From NCBI GenBank assembly GCA_965219955.1, contig OZ244799.1:384001-448000 (forward strand): a stretch of DNA of 64,000 nucleotides, read 5' to 3'. Below, in pieces: positions 1-9,463 of this stretch. Positions within the stretch are counted from its first letter, which is position 1; each line of letters begins with the position of its first letter. The translations under genes were made by a program, and so were the position numbers. The stretch comes from a bacterium (GTDB lineage: Bacteria > UBA8248). A model generated the notes under the pieces. The model saw only the letters and a list, made by a program, of their open reading frames with translations, made no database searches and was not told the origin of the DNA.

Positions 1-332
1 CCTTGAGGAATAATGGCCCTCAAGAGAGAGTGGTTTTGGAATTCTCCCCGGAGGGGAGTGATCTCCGTGGGGGCCGTACACCGGGTTATTCAAAAGCCCC
101 TATCAGTTCCGGGTTTCACCCAAAAACGCGAAAACCCACGCCTAAGCGTGGGTCTCGGAATGAAGGGTAACCCTATCATGACGTTTTGGGTTGCGCCTCA
201 AGGAAAGAAATAAGTCATCATGTTTACAATGTCAATCGGAGGTCAGGGGCCCGGCGTTCCTCGTCGGGCGCATCGATCGGTTTCAGGACGTGGTTGAAGC
301 CCGTCGGGTTTTCCGTATCATGAGAATGGAGA

Positions 333-361
333 TTGACAAGAATCGTGAGATGCTTTATCTT
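333..361 (+). promoter_or_regulatory. sigma70-type promoter TTGACA-N17-TATCTT
   Basis: Perfect -35 at 333-338, 17-bp spacer, -10-like TATCTT at 356-361, upstream of the small ORF 398..568. Confidence 0.65.
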
Positions 362-397
362 GAACGAACAGATAAATTTGTCCCATGGAGCCGATGA

Positions 398-568
398 ATG
401 ATAGCGCTGGAATCAATCACCACGAACGACCTGATAGGTATCGCCCAGTGCGTTCTCATTTGGTATGGCCTTCACACCATGCGGATGGCGTCGAAAGATC
501 GGGACAAGGCTCTCGATAATCAAAGAATCGCTTTAGAAGAGCTCATCAAGCGAACCGCTTCGCAATGA
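398..568 (+). CDS. small (56 aa) single-TM hypothetical protein, absent from the ORF track
   Basis: MIALESITTNDLIGIAQCVLIWYGLHTMRMASKDRDKALDNQRIALEELIKRTASQ; GGAG RBS at 387-390; consensus promoter; similar to 11085..11306. Confidence 0.7.
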   Translation: MIALESITTNDLIGIAQCVLIWYGLHTMRMASKDRDKALDNQRIALEELIKRTASQ

Positions 569-684
569 TTTCGAAATAGATTCCTTTCCATCGGCAATAG
601 CCGGTCATTGCTTGTATCTTCGATGTTTTGAATCTCCGGTTTTTGCTCCGCACTCAAGCAAAACAATGTGTGCCGGAGCAACAA

Positions 685-712
685 CGGGGGTGGGGAACTC
701 TCCCCACCCCCG
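685..712. terminator. perfect 12-bp GC hairpin between convergent genes
   Basis: CGGGGGTGGGGA-ACTC-TCCCCACCCCCG. Confidence 0.55.
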
Positions 713-765
713 ATTCGTTGTGTCTCAGCCTGCACGGCAGGAGCTGAACCTAAGCCGGTTTACCC

Positions 766-2499
766 TTACCTCGCCACCGCGCCGGGCCGTCTCTTCGGGA
801 TGATCGGCACGAGCAGGTAGGACTGGTGGTTCGGGCCGGTGTGCAGCGTGGTGCGCCCGCCGAAGACTTCCTTGCAGCGGTCGACGGGGTGATCGTGTAA
901 GAACGGTCCCGAGCCGCGCGAGGGCACGTAGGCCTGCACCGCAGGACCGGGGCGGTCGAAGTCCTGTCCTGCGATGTTGATGGAGAGCTGGAAGCCTTTG
1001 GGCAGCACGATGCACTGGGGCCAGATTTCCACGTCGAGTTCGTAGATTCTGTCCGGCGTGAGCGGCATCTTGTCGTCGTGCGTGTGGTAGGGCCGCCAGG
1101 GTTCGGACAGCTCCTCGTCCAGCTTCCGGTGCGAGGCGCGCAGCCAGCCCTGGGCGAGCGGCGTCTTGGGGTCCACCGTGCCCTGGAAGTAGACTTCCCT
1201 GTTCCTGGGCGAGAACGCCTGGACGGTGACGAACAGGTCCGCATCCACCGTGGAGGAGGAGATGAAGAGCTTGGCCGACATCGGGCCTGTGATCTCGGTC
1301 TCTTCCTTGAGCGGCGCCGTCCTGAGCGTGATGCCGCGCGTGAGCGCCCGGAAGGTCCTGGAGCGCTTGGCCTTGGGCGGCTTGAAGTCGAGCTTGCCCT
1401 TGCCGCCGGCGTGGAGGTAGAGCTTCGTCCACTTCGTGCCCTTGAGGGGCCATTCGTGCTCCTTGCGCAGTTCCACCTCGTCGGTGAACGGACGGCGGAT
1501 GTTCAGCCACACGCGGGGTTCTTTCTCCCAGCCGTTCTGCTCGCCCTTGAGATAATAGTCGAAGAAGCGCTTCTGGAGCTCCATGCCGTATTCGAGGTAG
1601 AACCACTCCTCGTGCCTGCCCGGATGGCCTTCGAGCCATTTCTCTTCAGACGCCGCCTGGGTGTAGGCCTCGAAGTTCCCGCGCGGGTGGAGGCCGAAGC
1701 CCGCCCAACTCCCCGCGCTCAGGAAGGGCACCTTCACCTTCGACCAGTCGGGCGAGCGCGAGCGGTACCAGTCGTCGTCCATCTCGCGCGCCAGGAAGTT
1801 CGCGAGCGTATCGGCGCGGTTGTCTTTTAATTCTTCTTTCGAGAGCGTCGCGGGCCCCGTCGAGCGCGTCTCCATCCAGTGGTCGCGCGGGCCCTTGGGA
1901 TTGCCGTGCTGGACCGCCTCGACCTGGCGCGGATACCAGATTTCCATGAACTTGTTGGAGAGGATGCCCCCGTGCCGCGCCCAGTCGCGGTAGTGGTCGG
2001 CCGCGCCCTCCCAGGGGATCATGGCTGTTAAATGCTTGGGCTGAAGCTCCGCGACCTGCCACTGGTTGATGGCGTAGTAGGAGACGCCGTTCAGCCCCAC
2101 CTTGCCGTTCGACCACTTCTGCTGCCCCGACCATTCGATGGCGTTGGCGAAGTCTTTGGTCTCGCGCGGGGAGAAGATGTCGAGATAGCCGGGCGAGCGG
2201 CCCGCGCCGCGCGAATCGAGCCGCACGCAGGCGTAGCCCCAGGGCACCCAGATCTCGGGGTCGACCGTCTCCCAGGTGAGCCAGCGGTGCTGCGAGCCTT
2301 CCAGGATGTCGGGGTGCATCTTCACCAGCGAGTCCCAGAGCGGCTTGTAGTGTTCCTGGTACTTGACGCCCTTCCCGTAGGGGCCGCCGGCCAGCACGAC
2401 GGGCACCTTCGCCTTGGTGTCGGGTCGGAATACGTCGACCCGCAGCACCACCCCGTCATCCATCTCGACGGGCAGATCACGTTCGATAATCATACGCAC
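766..2499 (-). CDS. CocE/NonD family serine hydrolase
   Basis: MDDGVVLRVDVFRP, DSRGAGRSPG, nucleophile GVSYYA, C-terminal PepX-like domain (GWLRASHR); RBS GGAGG. Confidence 0.9.
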   Translation of the reverse strand: MRMIIERDLPVEMDDGVVLRVDVFRPDTKAKVPVVLAGGPYGKGVKYQEHYKPLWDSLVKMHPDILEGSQHRWLTWETVDPEIWVPWGYACVRLDSRGAGRSPGYLDIFSPRETKDFANAIEWSGQQKWSNGKVGLNGVSYYAINQWQVAELQPKHLTAMIPWEGAADHYRDWARHGGILSNKFMEIWYPRQVEAVQHGNPKGPRDHWMETRSTGPATLSKEELKDNRADTLANFLAREMDDDWYRSRSPDWSKVKVPFLSAGSWAGFGLHPRGNFEAYTQAASEEKWLEGHPGRHEEWFYLEYGMELQKRFFDYYLKGEQNGWEKEPRVWLNIRRPFTDEVELRKEHEWPLKGTKWTKLYLHAGGKGKLDFKPPKAKRSRTFRALTRGITLRTAPLKEETEITGPMSAKLFISSSTVDADLFVTVQAFSPRNREVYFQGTVDPKTPLAQGWLRASHRKLDEELSEPWRPYHTHDDKMPLTPDRIYELDVEIWPQCIVLPKGFQLSINIAGQDFDRPGPAVQAYVPSRGSGPFLHDHPVDRCKEVFGGRTTLHTGPNHQSYLLVPIIPKRRPGAVAR

Positions 2500-2678
2500 C
2501 TCCTGAGTTTGAGAATGAGGCCGTGCGGCGCCCGAGACGGGGCCGCCCGCTCTTTCCGCGTTTCCGCATGAATTGAATGTGGGGAAATTATGCGCGAACG
2601 CCGCGCGTTTTTCAATTTGCGGATGTATGGCGTTCGTATTTTCCCGCCAAGGCGTCGGCGTGAGGGACGGAGAAGAGC

Positions 2679-3048
2679 GGGATTGTTGAAAAGGCCCCTC
2701 GCTTGAAGTTGACCACCGCCGTCATTCCGGCGAAAGCCGGAATCCATTTTAAAGTAGAATGAAAATGCTACGGTTTTTCATCTCCCCGTCATTGGCGCGA
2801 AGCAATCAGAAAATGAAAAAACAAAGGCACAACAAATGGATTCCGGCTTTCGCCGGAATGACGAACAAAACCGCATCCGTTGTAGGGGTTGTTGAAATAG
2901 TCCGATAAAGGAGAAATGTCGGTTGTAGGGACAACCCTCCGTGGTTGTCCTTTGCAGGGTAGTTGCCATCAGGACAGGCACGGAGGCCTGTCCCTACGGG
3001 CTCCTCACGCCGCCGACCGGACGGATAGTGGACTTTTTCAACAGGCCC
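2679..3048. repeat. intergenic mosaic: IS1182-like ends + dRS3-like doublet + GTAG-type REP doublet
   Basis: TIR-like at 2679, 2885 and 3039-3048; GTCATTCCGGCGAAAGCCGGAATCCA at 2721-2746 and its reverse complement at 2837-2862; GTAGGGAC.. at 2925-2950 and 2972-2997. Confidence 0.85.
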
Positions 3049-3153
3049 GCCCGGAAGATTTCAAGGCCTCGGGCCGTTTCCCCGCGAGCGATAAGCGGCT
3101 ATATTCGCAGATGCAGTTGCGCTCCAAAGCCCGCCGCCGGGACGGAGTTTCCC

Positions 3154-3606
3154 TTGATTCAATTCATCGACCGAATCGATCGCCGCATCTCGGGCTGGAT
3201 GAACCGCTACGGGCGGCTGTTCCTGCGAATCTCGCTCGCCGTCGTCTTCATCTGGTTCGGGGTACTGAAGCCCTTGGGAGTCAGCGCCGCGGCCGAACTC
3301 GTGCGCCGCACGGTCTACTGGCTGCCGCCCGATTTCTTCATCCCCCTGCTCGGCTGGTGGGAGGTGGCGATAGGGGTGGGCCTGCTCTTCCGCCCGCTCA
3401 TACGCGTCGCGCTCTTTCTGCTGTTCCTCCAGATGCCGGGGACGGTTCTGCCGCTGTTCCTGCTGCCCGAGGTCTGCTTCACGCAGATTCCCTTCGCCCC
3501 CACGCTGGAGGGGCAGTACATCATCAAGAACCTCATCCTCCTGAGCGCGGCCATCGCCGTGGGCGGCACGGTGCGGAGGGAGGAGAGCACGGAGACGCGC
3601 ACTTGA
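3154..3606 (+). CDS. DoxX/YkgB-like membrane protein
   Basis: LRISLAVVFIWFGVLK ... TLEGQYIIKNL; probable TTG start after GGAG; the longer ORF start lies inside repeat DNA. Confidence 0.8.
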   Translation: MIQFIDRIDRRISGWMNRYGRLFLRISLAVVFIWFGVLKPLGVSAAAELVRRTVYWLPPDFFIPLLGWWEVAIGVGLLFRPLIRVALFLLFLQMPGTVLPLFLLPEVCFTQIPFAPTLEGQYIIKNLILLSAAIAVGGTVRREESTETRT

Positions 3607-3711
3607 CGCGCGCGGTTTTTACTCGTTCAGGTCAATATCTGTGAATCTTTATCGCTCTTGCCCCGATTGAGGATGACTCCATTAGGGTCATTACTACCCA
3701 AGGAGAGGGAA

Positions 3712-3881
3712 AATTCACTCCCCCCTTGAGGGGGAGTCGAGGAAGCCGAGCGGTTTGTGCGAAGGCTGACTCGGTGGGGGGTAAAATGCGTTTTATCGTC
3801 AGTCCGAATTATACCCCCCACCGAATCGCTTTCGGGCTTACGCCCTCAGCTCCTCGACTCCCCCTCAAGGAGGGAGTAATT
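3712..3881. repeat. ~170-bp palindromic element (type C, CTCCCCCCTTGAGGGGGAG ends)
   Basis: Homologous copies at 14391-14580, 54126-54316, 62612-62824 and a copy split by the IS at 27101/28800. Confidence 0.85.
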
Positions 3882-4003
3882 CCCAAACTCGCATTCGCCA
3901 TTTTCGCTCCTCGCTCTCTCTTTACACCGCCGCTGGAACGATGCAGGGTTTGATGTATCCGGCAATATGCCGTTCATTGCAGGAAGACCAAGGAGCCAAG
4001 ACA

Positions 4004-4228
4004 ATGCTGAACTTCCGCGACCCTTCTGACGCCATCGACGAGACGACTTTCATGGCCGGCACAGCTTTAGAGCGCGCCCGGAGTACGATTGCCGATCATG
4101 AGCGCACGTTTCTCACGGCCAAGGACCGCGCCGCGGTTCTCGCCGCCCTCGATGCGCCCCAAGAGCCGACCGAAGCGTTGCGCGAGGCGATGGCTCTGCA
4201 CGAAACGCGGGTGGCGCGTGACGGCTGA
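4004..4228 (+). pseudogene. DUF1778 (TacA-type) antitoxin with apparent internal deletion
   Basis: C-terminal half typical (ALERARSTIADHERTFL...ALDAPQEPTEALREA); RHH segment appears missing; RBS AGGAG. Confidence 0.6.
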
Positions 4229-4379
4229 GGACGTACCGGATTCGCAAAGGAAATTCATCGAACCGCCCGACCCGGCAAAACGCCGCGCTTTCTACGCCGC
4301 CATGGGGTTTCAGCCGCTGCCGTCGCGCCCGCAGAGAATGTTCATCGGCATCGAAACGGTTCGCAAGGCGCCGGCCTGA
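4218..4379 (+). pseudogene. GNAT (TacT-type) toxin remnant, N- and C-termini only
   Basis: IEPPDPAK fused to RRAFYAAMGFQPLPSRPQRMF; only 53 aa; overlaps the antitoxin stop. Confidence 0.6.
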
Positions 4380-4437
4380 AGCGCGTTGCAGGCGGATGCG
4401 TCTGGCGCGTCCGCTCTCCAGACCTTAAAGTGCTCCC

Positions 4438-5295
4438 ATGACTTTCTTTTCCCTCTCGCTGGTGCTGACCGCCGCTTTTTGCCACGCCACCTGGAACCTG
4501 CTGGTCAAGCGCATCAACGGCGGGCCGGAACTCGTCTGGCTGTTCTCCGTTTTCTCGGTCCTGATCTACCTGCCGGTCGTCGTGGTTGTTTATCTGATGG
4601 AACGCCCCCTCATGGAGTGGCGCGAAATCGGGTTCTACCTCGGCAGCGCCGCGCTGCACATGGCCTATTTCCTGCTTCTCCAGCAGGGCTACCGCAGGGG
4701 CGATCTGTCCCTGGTCTACCCGGTTGCGCGGGCCACCGGGCCGTTCCTCTCGACCCTGTTCGCCGTCTCCGTCCTGGGGGAGAATCTGACCGTCCAGATC
4801 GCCGTGGGCGGCCTGGCGATCATCGTCGGCATCGTGTTCCTGACCGGCGGCTTCGACTGGTCCTCCGCGCGGCGCACGAGTTCGCTCTTGTTCGGGGTTT
4901 CCACCGGCGTGCTCATCGGCAGCTATACGGTCTGGGACGCCTATGCGGTCAGCGCGCTCGCCATACCGCCGTTGCTGCTCGATTACGGGTCGAACCTCGC
5001 GCGCGCCCTGTTTCTGGCGCCCTACGCCTTCACGCGCAAGGAGACCATCGTGAAGCATTGGCGCGAACACAAGCTCGCCGTGCTCGGGATCGCCGTGTTC
5101 ACCCCGCTCGCGTATATGCTGGTGCTGACGGCGCTCGTCTTCACGCCGATCGTCTACGTCGCGCCCGCGCGCGAGGTCAGCGTGCTGATCACCGTGGCGC
5201 TGGGGTCGATCCTGCTCGGCGAGGGCGAGTTGCGCAGGCGCATGGGTTGGGCCTGTCTGATCCTCTCAGGCATGGTGATGCTGGTGCTGGGCTAG
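4438..5295 (+). CDS. DMT/EamA family transporter
   Basis: AAFCHATWNLLVK, GDLSLVYPVAR, VAPAREVSV; about 10 TM segments. Confidence 0.9.
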   Translation: MTFFSLSLVLTAAFCHATWNLLVKRINGGPELVWLFSVFSVLIYLPVVVVVYLMERPLMEWREIGFYLGSAALHMAYFLLLQQGYRRGDLSLVYPVARATGPFLSTLFAVSVLGENLTVQIAVGGLAIIVGIVFLTGGFDWSSARRTSSLLFGVSTGVLIGSYTVWDAYAVSALAIPPLLLDYGSNLARALFLAPYAFTRKETIVKHWREHKLAVLGIAVFTPLAYMLVLTALVFTPIVYVAPAREVSVLITVALGSILLGEGELRRRMGWACLILSGMVMLVLG

Positions 5296-5476
5296 CGGCG
5301 GAAGTGCGTTCCGGCGCTTGCGGGTTATCGGATAGACGGGATTCTCCACGTTGCCGGAGTCCGTCCCGGCGCGCCGGTGAATACGCCCCGGACCGCTGGC
5401 CGGCGCGTTGAAAAATGCTATAGTGGCTCTCCCGGAATCTTCTTCATACTCAACATTTCTCATACAGGAGCGAACC

Positions 5477-5869
5477 ATGAGCGAGCCGAAAATCAGTGCG
5501 CAGGACGTCCTGAACGCCAGCGCCGGCTGTCTGCAAAAGCAGATGTACGTCTACTTCACCAAACCGGCGAACGGCCTCGGGCCCGTGATGGAGAATCTCG
5601 AAGATCACCTGAAGTTTCAGGTCGAACTCGAACAGAAGGGGATCATGTTCGGCGCGGGGCCGTTCTGGACGGAAGACGAGGAGCGCTGGGAGGGGGAGGG
5701 GATGATCATCATCCGGGCCGGCTCCATCGCCGAGGCGAGAAAGATCGCTGAATCCGACCCCATGCACGCGAGCGGCGCGCGCACGTTCACCCTGCGCCCC
5801 TGGCTGCTGAACGAAGGCATGGTCACGATGAAGGTCACCTATTCGGATGGAGGACGCGAGGTCATATGA
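5477..5869 (+). CDS. YciI family protein
   Basis: HLKFQ...GAGPF...GMIIIRAGSIAEARKIAESDPMH; RBS AGGAG. Confidence 0.8.
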   Translation: MSEPKISAQDVLNASAGCLQKQMYVYFTKPANGLGPVMENLEDHLKFQVELEQKGIMFGAGPFWTEDEERWEGEGMIIIRAGSIAEARKIAESDPMHASGARTFTLRPWLLNEGMVTMKVTYSDGGREVI

Positions 5870-6726
5870 ACTGGACACCGAGACGAGAGAGATTCCGCGC
5901 CCTGCTCGCGGGCGACAGATGCGTGCACCCCGGTTCGGTCTACGACCCCCTCACGGCGCGCATGGCGGAGGACCTGGGCTTCGAGGTCGGGATGTTCGCA
6001 GGCTCCACCGCCTCGCTCACCGTGCTGGGCGCGCCGGACATCATCCTGTTGACGCTCACGGAATTCGCCGCACAGGCGTTGCGCATCAACCGCGCGGCCG
6101 GGATGCCCCTGCTGGTGGATGCCGATCACGGCTACGGCAACGCCCTGAACGTGAAGCGCACCGTCGAGGAACTCGAAACCGCCGGCGTGGCGGGCCTCTC
6201 GATAGAGGACACGGTGCTGCCCCAGCCATTCGGCGCGGATGTAGCGCAGCTCACCTCGGTGGAGGAGGGCGTCGGCAAGATGCGCGCCGCTCTGGAGGGG
6301 CGCCAGGACCCGAATCTGGTGATCGCCGGCCGGACGAGCGCGCCCCGCGTCACGGGTACGGAGGACGCCCTCGCGCGCGTCACCGCCTATGAGGCGGCGG
6401 GTGTGGACGCCATCTTCGTGGTGGGCGTCCGGAGCCGCGAACAGCTGGAAGCCATCTCGGCCGCGGTGAGCCTCCCCATCATCCTGGGCGGGAGCGCCAG
6501 GGAGGTGCGCGGGCTGGATTATCTCGGCGGTCTGGGCGTGCGGGTCGCGCTACAGGGCCACCAGCCCATCATGGCGGCGGCGGGGGCGGCGTATTCCACG
6601 CTGAAGGCGCTCAAGGACGGCGCGCAGCCCGAAGACCTCGAAAACGTGCCCGCAGGCGATTTCATGAAGAAATACATGAACGACGCGGACTACCGGCGGC
6701 AGATAAGCGCATTCCTTGAGGAGTGA
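5866..6726 (+). CDS. ICL/PEP-mutase family enzyme, oxaloacetate decarboxylase-like (PA4872 type)
   Basis: AGSTASLTVLGAPD, VDADHGYGN, IEDTVLP without the KxCGH loop. Confidence 0.8.
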   Translation: MNWTPRRERFRALLAGDRCVHPGSVYDPLTARMAEDLGFEVGMFAGSTASLTVLGAPDIILLTLTEFAAQALRINRAAGMPLLVDADHGYGNALNVKRTVEELETAGVAGLSIEDTVLPQPFGADVAQLTSVEEGVGKMRAALEGRQDPNLVIAGRTSAPRVTGTEDALARVTAYEAAGVDAIFVVGVRSREQLEAISAAVSLPIILGGSAREVRGLDYLGGLGVRVALQGHQPIMAAAGAAYSTLKALKDGAQPEDLENVPAGDFMKKYMNDADYRRQISAFLEE

Positions 6727-6784
6727 GGCTCGTAAACATGTGGAAATGTCCGATTTGCGGGTTCTCTCCACGAGGGAGCAACGA

Positions 6785-6952
6785 CATCCCGAGTAGGCCC
6801 TTCGATACGCGGCTTCGCCGCTACTCAGGGTGAGGAAGTTGGATGAGAAGAGGGCGTTGAAAAAACCGGGAGATGAAAACACCACTGCCTCATCCCGAGT
6901 AGGCGCGAAGCGCCGTATCGAGAGCCTGCCCTGAGCCTGTCGAAGGGGACGC
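6785..6952. repeat. type D palindromes (CCCTTCGATACG..CTACTCAGGGTGAGG / CCTGAGCCTGTCGAAGGG) with a TIR-like end
   Basis: Related copies at 22030-22210, 25714-25752, 26011-26052, 54000-54040. Confidence 0.75.
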
Positions 6953-7057
6953 CAGGACGCCCGTGCGCGAATCGCCGATCTCATGTGACGAAAACGCTTT
7001 TGAGGATATATACTGGCCCCTCCATGAAGGACAGTTCATCCACCCGGAGAGGGCCTG

Positions 7058-8200
7058 ATGGCCATAGAGCTTGCATGGTATATGTCTTGTGACGGCGACA
7101 GCGCCTACATCGGCCGGAAATTCGCCGAGCATCCCCCCAGCCATGAGACCTTCACCCGCATCGCGCAAAACGCCGAGCGCAGCGGCTTCACCACCATCCT
7201 GGTGCCGACGTCGCAGGTGAGCGGCCATTACGGGCCGCAGGCCCCGACGTGGGACAGCGTGGTGAACGCCGCGGTCATAGGGCCTGCGACGAAGACGATA
7301 AAGCTGCTGCTCGCCGTGCGGGTGGGCATCATCGACCCGGCGATCTGCGCGCGGATGATGGCTTCGCTCGACGAACTCACCGGCGGGCGCATCCTCTACA
7401 ACATCGTGACGGGCGGCGGCGCGCTGGCGAGCTACGGCGAGACGCTCGACCACGATACCCGCTATGAGCGCACGGATGAGTACCTCGAAATCCTGGAGGG
7501 CCTCTGGACGCAGGAGAAATACTCCTTCGAGGGCAGGTTCTACAAATTGCAAGACGCCACCGTGTACCCCCGGCCGGTGCAGAAGCCGAGAATTCCCTTC
7601 TTCATGGCCGGGGCTTCGGAGATAGCGCAGGACATCGCCATCAGGCGGGCCGAGTATTCGGTCTTCTGGGGAGAGACGCCCGGGCAGGTGGCCGAGCGCG
7701 TCGATTCCATGAACGAAAAATGCGAGCGCGCGGGACGGGCGCGCCCGCTCAAGTACGTGACGCGCTTCCAGATATTCGCGCGCGAGACGGAAGAGGGAGC
7801 CTTCGAGGCGGCCGAGGAGGTCATGAGCCGCGTCGACGCCGAGGTGCTGGCCCATCGCGGGAAGGTCATCTCCTCGTTCGAGAGCAAGGGTACCAAGGAT
7901 CAGCAGGCCCGCACGCGCGAGGAGATGGTGGGTCCCAACCTCTGGGCGGGCATGGGCCGGATTCGCTCGGGTTCGGCCGTCGCCATCGTGGGTTCGTATG
8001 AGCAGTGCGCGCGGAAGATCGTCGAGATCGAGCAGGCGGGCATCGACTTGCTCATCCTCTCGGGCTTCCCCCTGCATGAGGAGTGCGTGAACGTAGGAAA
8101 ACACGTCATTCCGCTCGTGCGCGAGATGGAGAGGGAACTCGACCTCGTGCGCGAGGGGGATGAGGCGTTCTTGCCCCTGAGCCAGGGGGTTTCCGTCTAG
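7058..8200 (+). CDS. LLM-class flavin-dependent monooxygenase (SsuD-like)
   Basis: AERSGFTTILVPT, GGRILYNIVTGG, FFMAGASE, GPNLWAG, AIVGSYEQ. Confidence 0.85.
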   Translation: MAIELAWYMSCDGDSAYIGRKFAEHPPSHETFTRIAQNAERSGFTTILVPTSQVSGHYGPQAPTWDSVVNAAVIGPATKTIKLLLAVRVGIIDPAICARMMASLDELTGGRILYNIVTGGGALASYGETLDHDTRYERTDEYLEILEGLWTQEKYSFEGRFYKLQDATVYPRPVQKPRIPFFMAGASEIAQDIAIRRAEYSVFWGETPGQVAERVDSMNEKCERAGRARPLKYVTRFQIFARETEEGAFEAAEEVMSRVDAEVLAHRGKVISSFESKGTKDQQARTREEMVGPNLWAGMGRIRSGSAVAIVGSYEQCARKIVEIEQAGIDLLILSGFPLHEECVNVGKHVIPLVREMERELDLVREGDEAFLPLSQGVSV

Positions 8201-8274
8201 TCGTTTCGTAATTTCAAAAAACGTGTGGGCTCGGAATAGAGTCCGTTTTCTTTCACCGATGAGGGCGACCGTAC

Positions 8275-9450
8275 ATGAATTTCGATTTGAACGAAGAACA
8301 GACTGCGTGGCGCGACAAGGCGAGAAAATTCGCCGAAGAGGAAGTGGCTCCCATATCGCTGGAGCGGGACATGATTTCCGACCCGAGGGAGACCTTCGAC
8401 TGGGAGATCATCAAGAAAGGCTCCAGGCTCGGTTTCCGCACCGCCGTCGTGCCCAAGGATCGCGGGGGCCACGGGATCGATTTCGTCACCCAGGCGCTGG
8501 TGATGGAGGAGATCGCGCGCGGCGACAGCGCGATTTCGAAAACCTTCAGCCAGTGCTGGAAATGGAGCCACCTCATCGCCGCCTCCTGCACGGATGATCA
8601 GAAAGACAGGTTCCTGAAGCCGTTTCTCGAAGACGACACCTATCTCCTGGGGAAAGGCGGAACCGAGGAGTCGGCGGGTTCGGACAACCGCATGCCCTCC
8701 GACGACCCGCGGACGGGCTGGAAGCTCCAGGCGGTGCGCGAGGGCGACGAGTGGGTGCTGAACGGGCGCAAGCGCTACATCGCCAACGGGAGCGTGGGCA
8801 AGCTCTTCTTCATCGACGGCAGGACCGACCCCGACGTTCCCATCACGCAGGGCACCACCCTCTTCCTCGTGCCTTCTGATACGCCGGGGTTCCGCGTGGG
8901 GAAGGTGTACGACAAGATCGGCTGGCGCTTCTACCAGAACGCGGAACTCATCTTCGAGGACGCCCGCGTGCCGCACGCCAACGTGGTGGGCGAGGTGAAC
9001 CGAGGCGTTCAGGCCAGGAAGGGCGATACGTCCGAGTTCGGCGACCTGGAACTCTCCGCCAACGGGCTGGGTGTCTGCCAGGCGGCGGTCGACATGGCGA
9101 TGCACCAGGCCAGGACGCGCTGGCAGGGCGGGAAATACATCATCGAGCACCAGGCGATACAGCTCAAGCTCGCCGAGATGCACATGCTCACCGAGGCGCT
9201 TCGCGCTTACGTCATGCGCACCGCATGCGACTTGGAAAAGGGTGCGGACCGCGACATGAAGCACACCATCCTGCTCATGAACTTCGCGACGGACGTCATC
9301 CAGCGCGTCACCCACCTCTGCATGGACATCCACGGGGGCGCGGGCGTCATGAAGGACGTGGGCGTGGAAAAACTCGTTCGCGACGCGATCGTCTGGACGC
9401 ACCTTGCGGGCGACGCCGTGCAGCGCATCAAGGTCATCAAGCACCTCTAG
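8275..9450 (+). CDS. acyl-CoA dehydrogenase family protein
   Basis: TEESAGSD, WVLNGRKRYIANG, HQAIQLKLAEM, IHGGAG. Confidence 0.9.
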   Translation: MNFDLNEEQTAWRDKARKFAEEEVAPISLERDMISDPRETFDWEIIKKGSRLGFRTAVVPKDRGGHGIDFVTQALVMEEIARGDSAISKTFSQCWKWSHLIAASCTDDQKDRFLKPFLEDDTYLLGKGGTEESAGSDNRMPSDDPRTGWKLQAVREGDEWVLNGRKRYIANGSVGKLFFIDGRTDPDVPITQGTTLFLVPSDTPGFRVGKVYDKIGWRFYQNAELIFEDARVPHANVVGEVNRGVQARKGDTSEFGDLELSANGLGVCQAAVDMAMHQARTRWQGGKYIIEHQAIQLKLAEMHMLTEALRAYVMRTACDLEKGADRDMKHTILLMNFATDVIQRVTHLCMDIHGGAGVMKDVGVEKLVRDAIVWTHLAGDAVQRIKVIKHL

Positions 9451-9463
9451 GCGGGGGGATCCC

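Noticed and set aside
1-300. Possible structured ncRNA (hairpin ACCCACGC-CTAA-GCGTGGGT) at the window start
   Set aside because: Only a single hairpin amid degenerate repeat and TIR fragments; no recognisable RNA family
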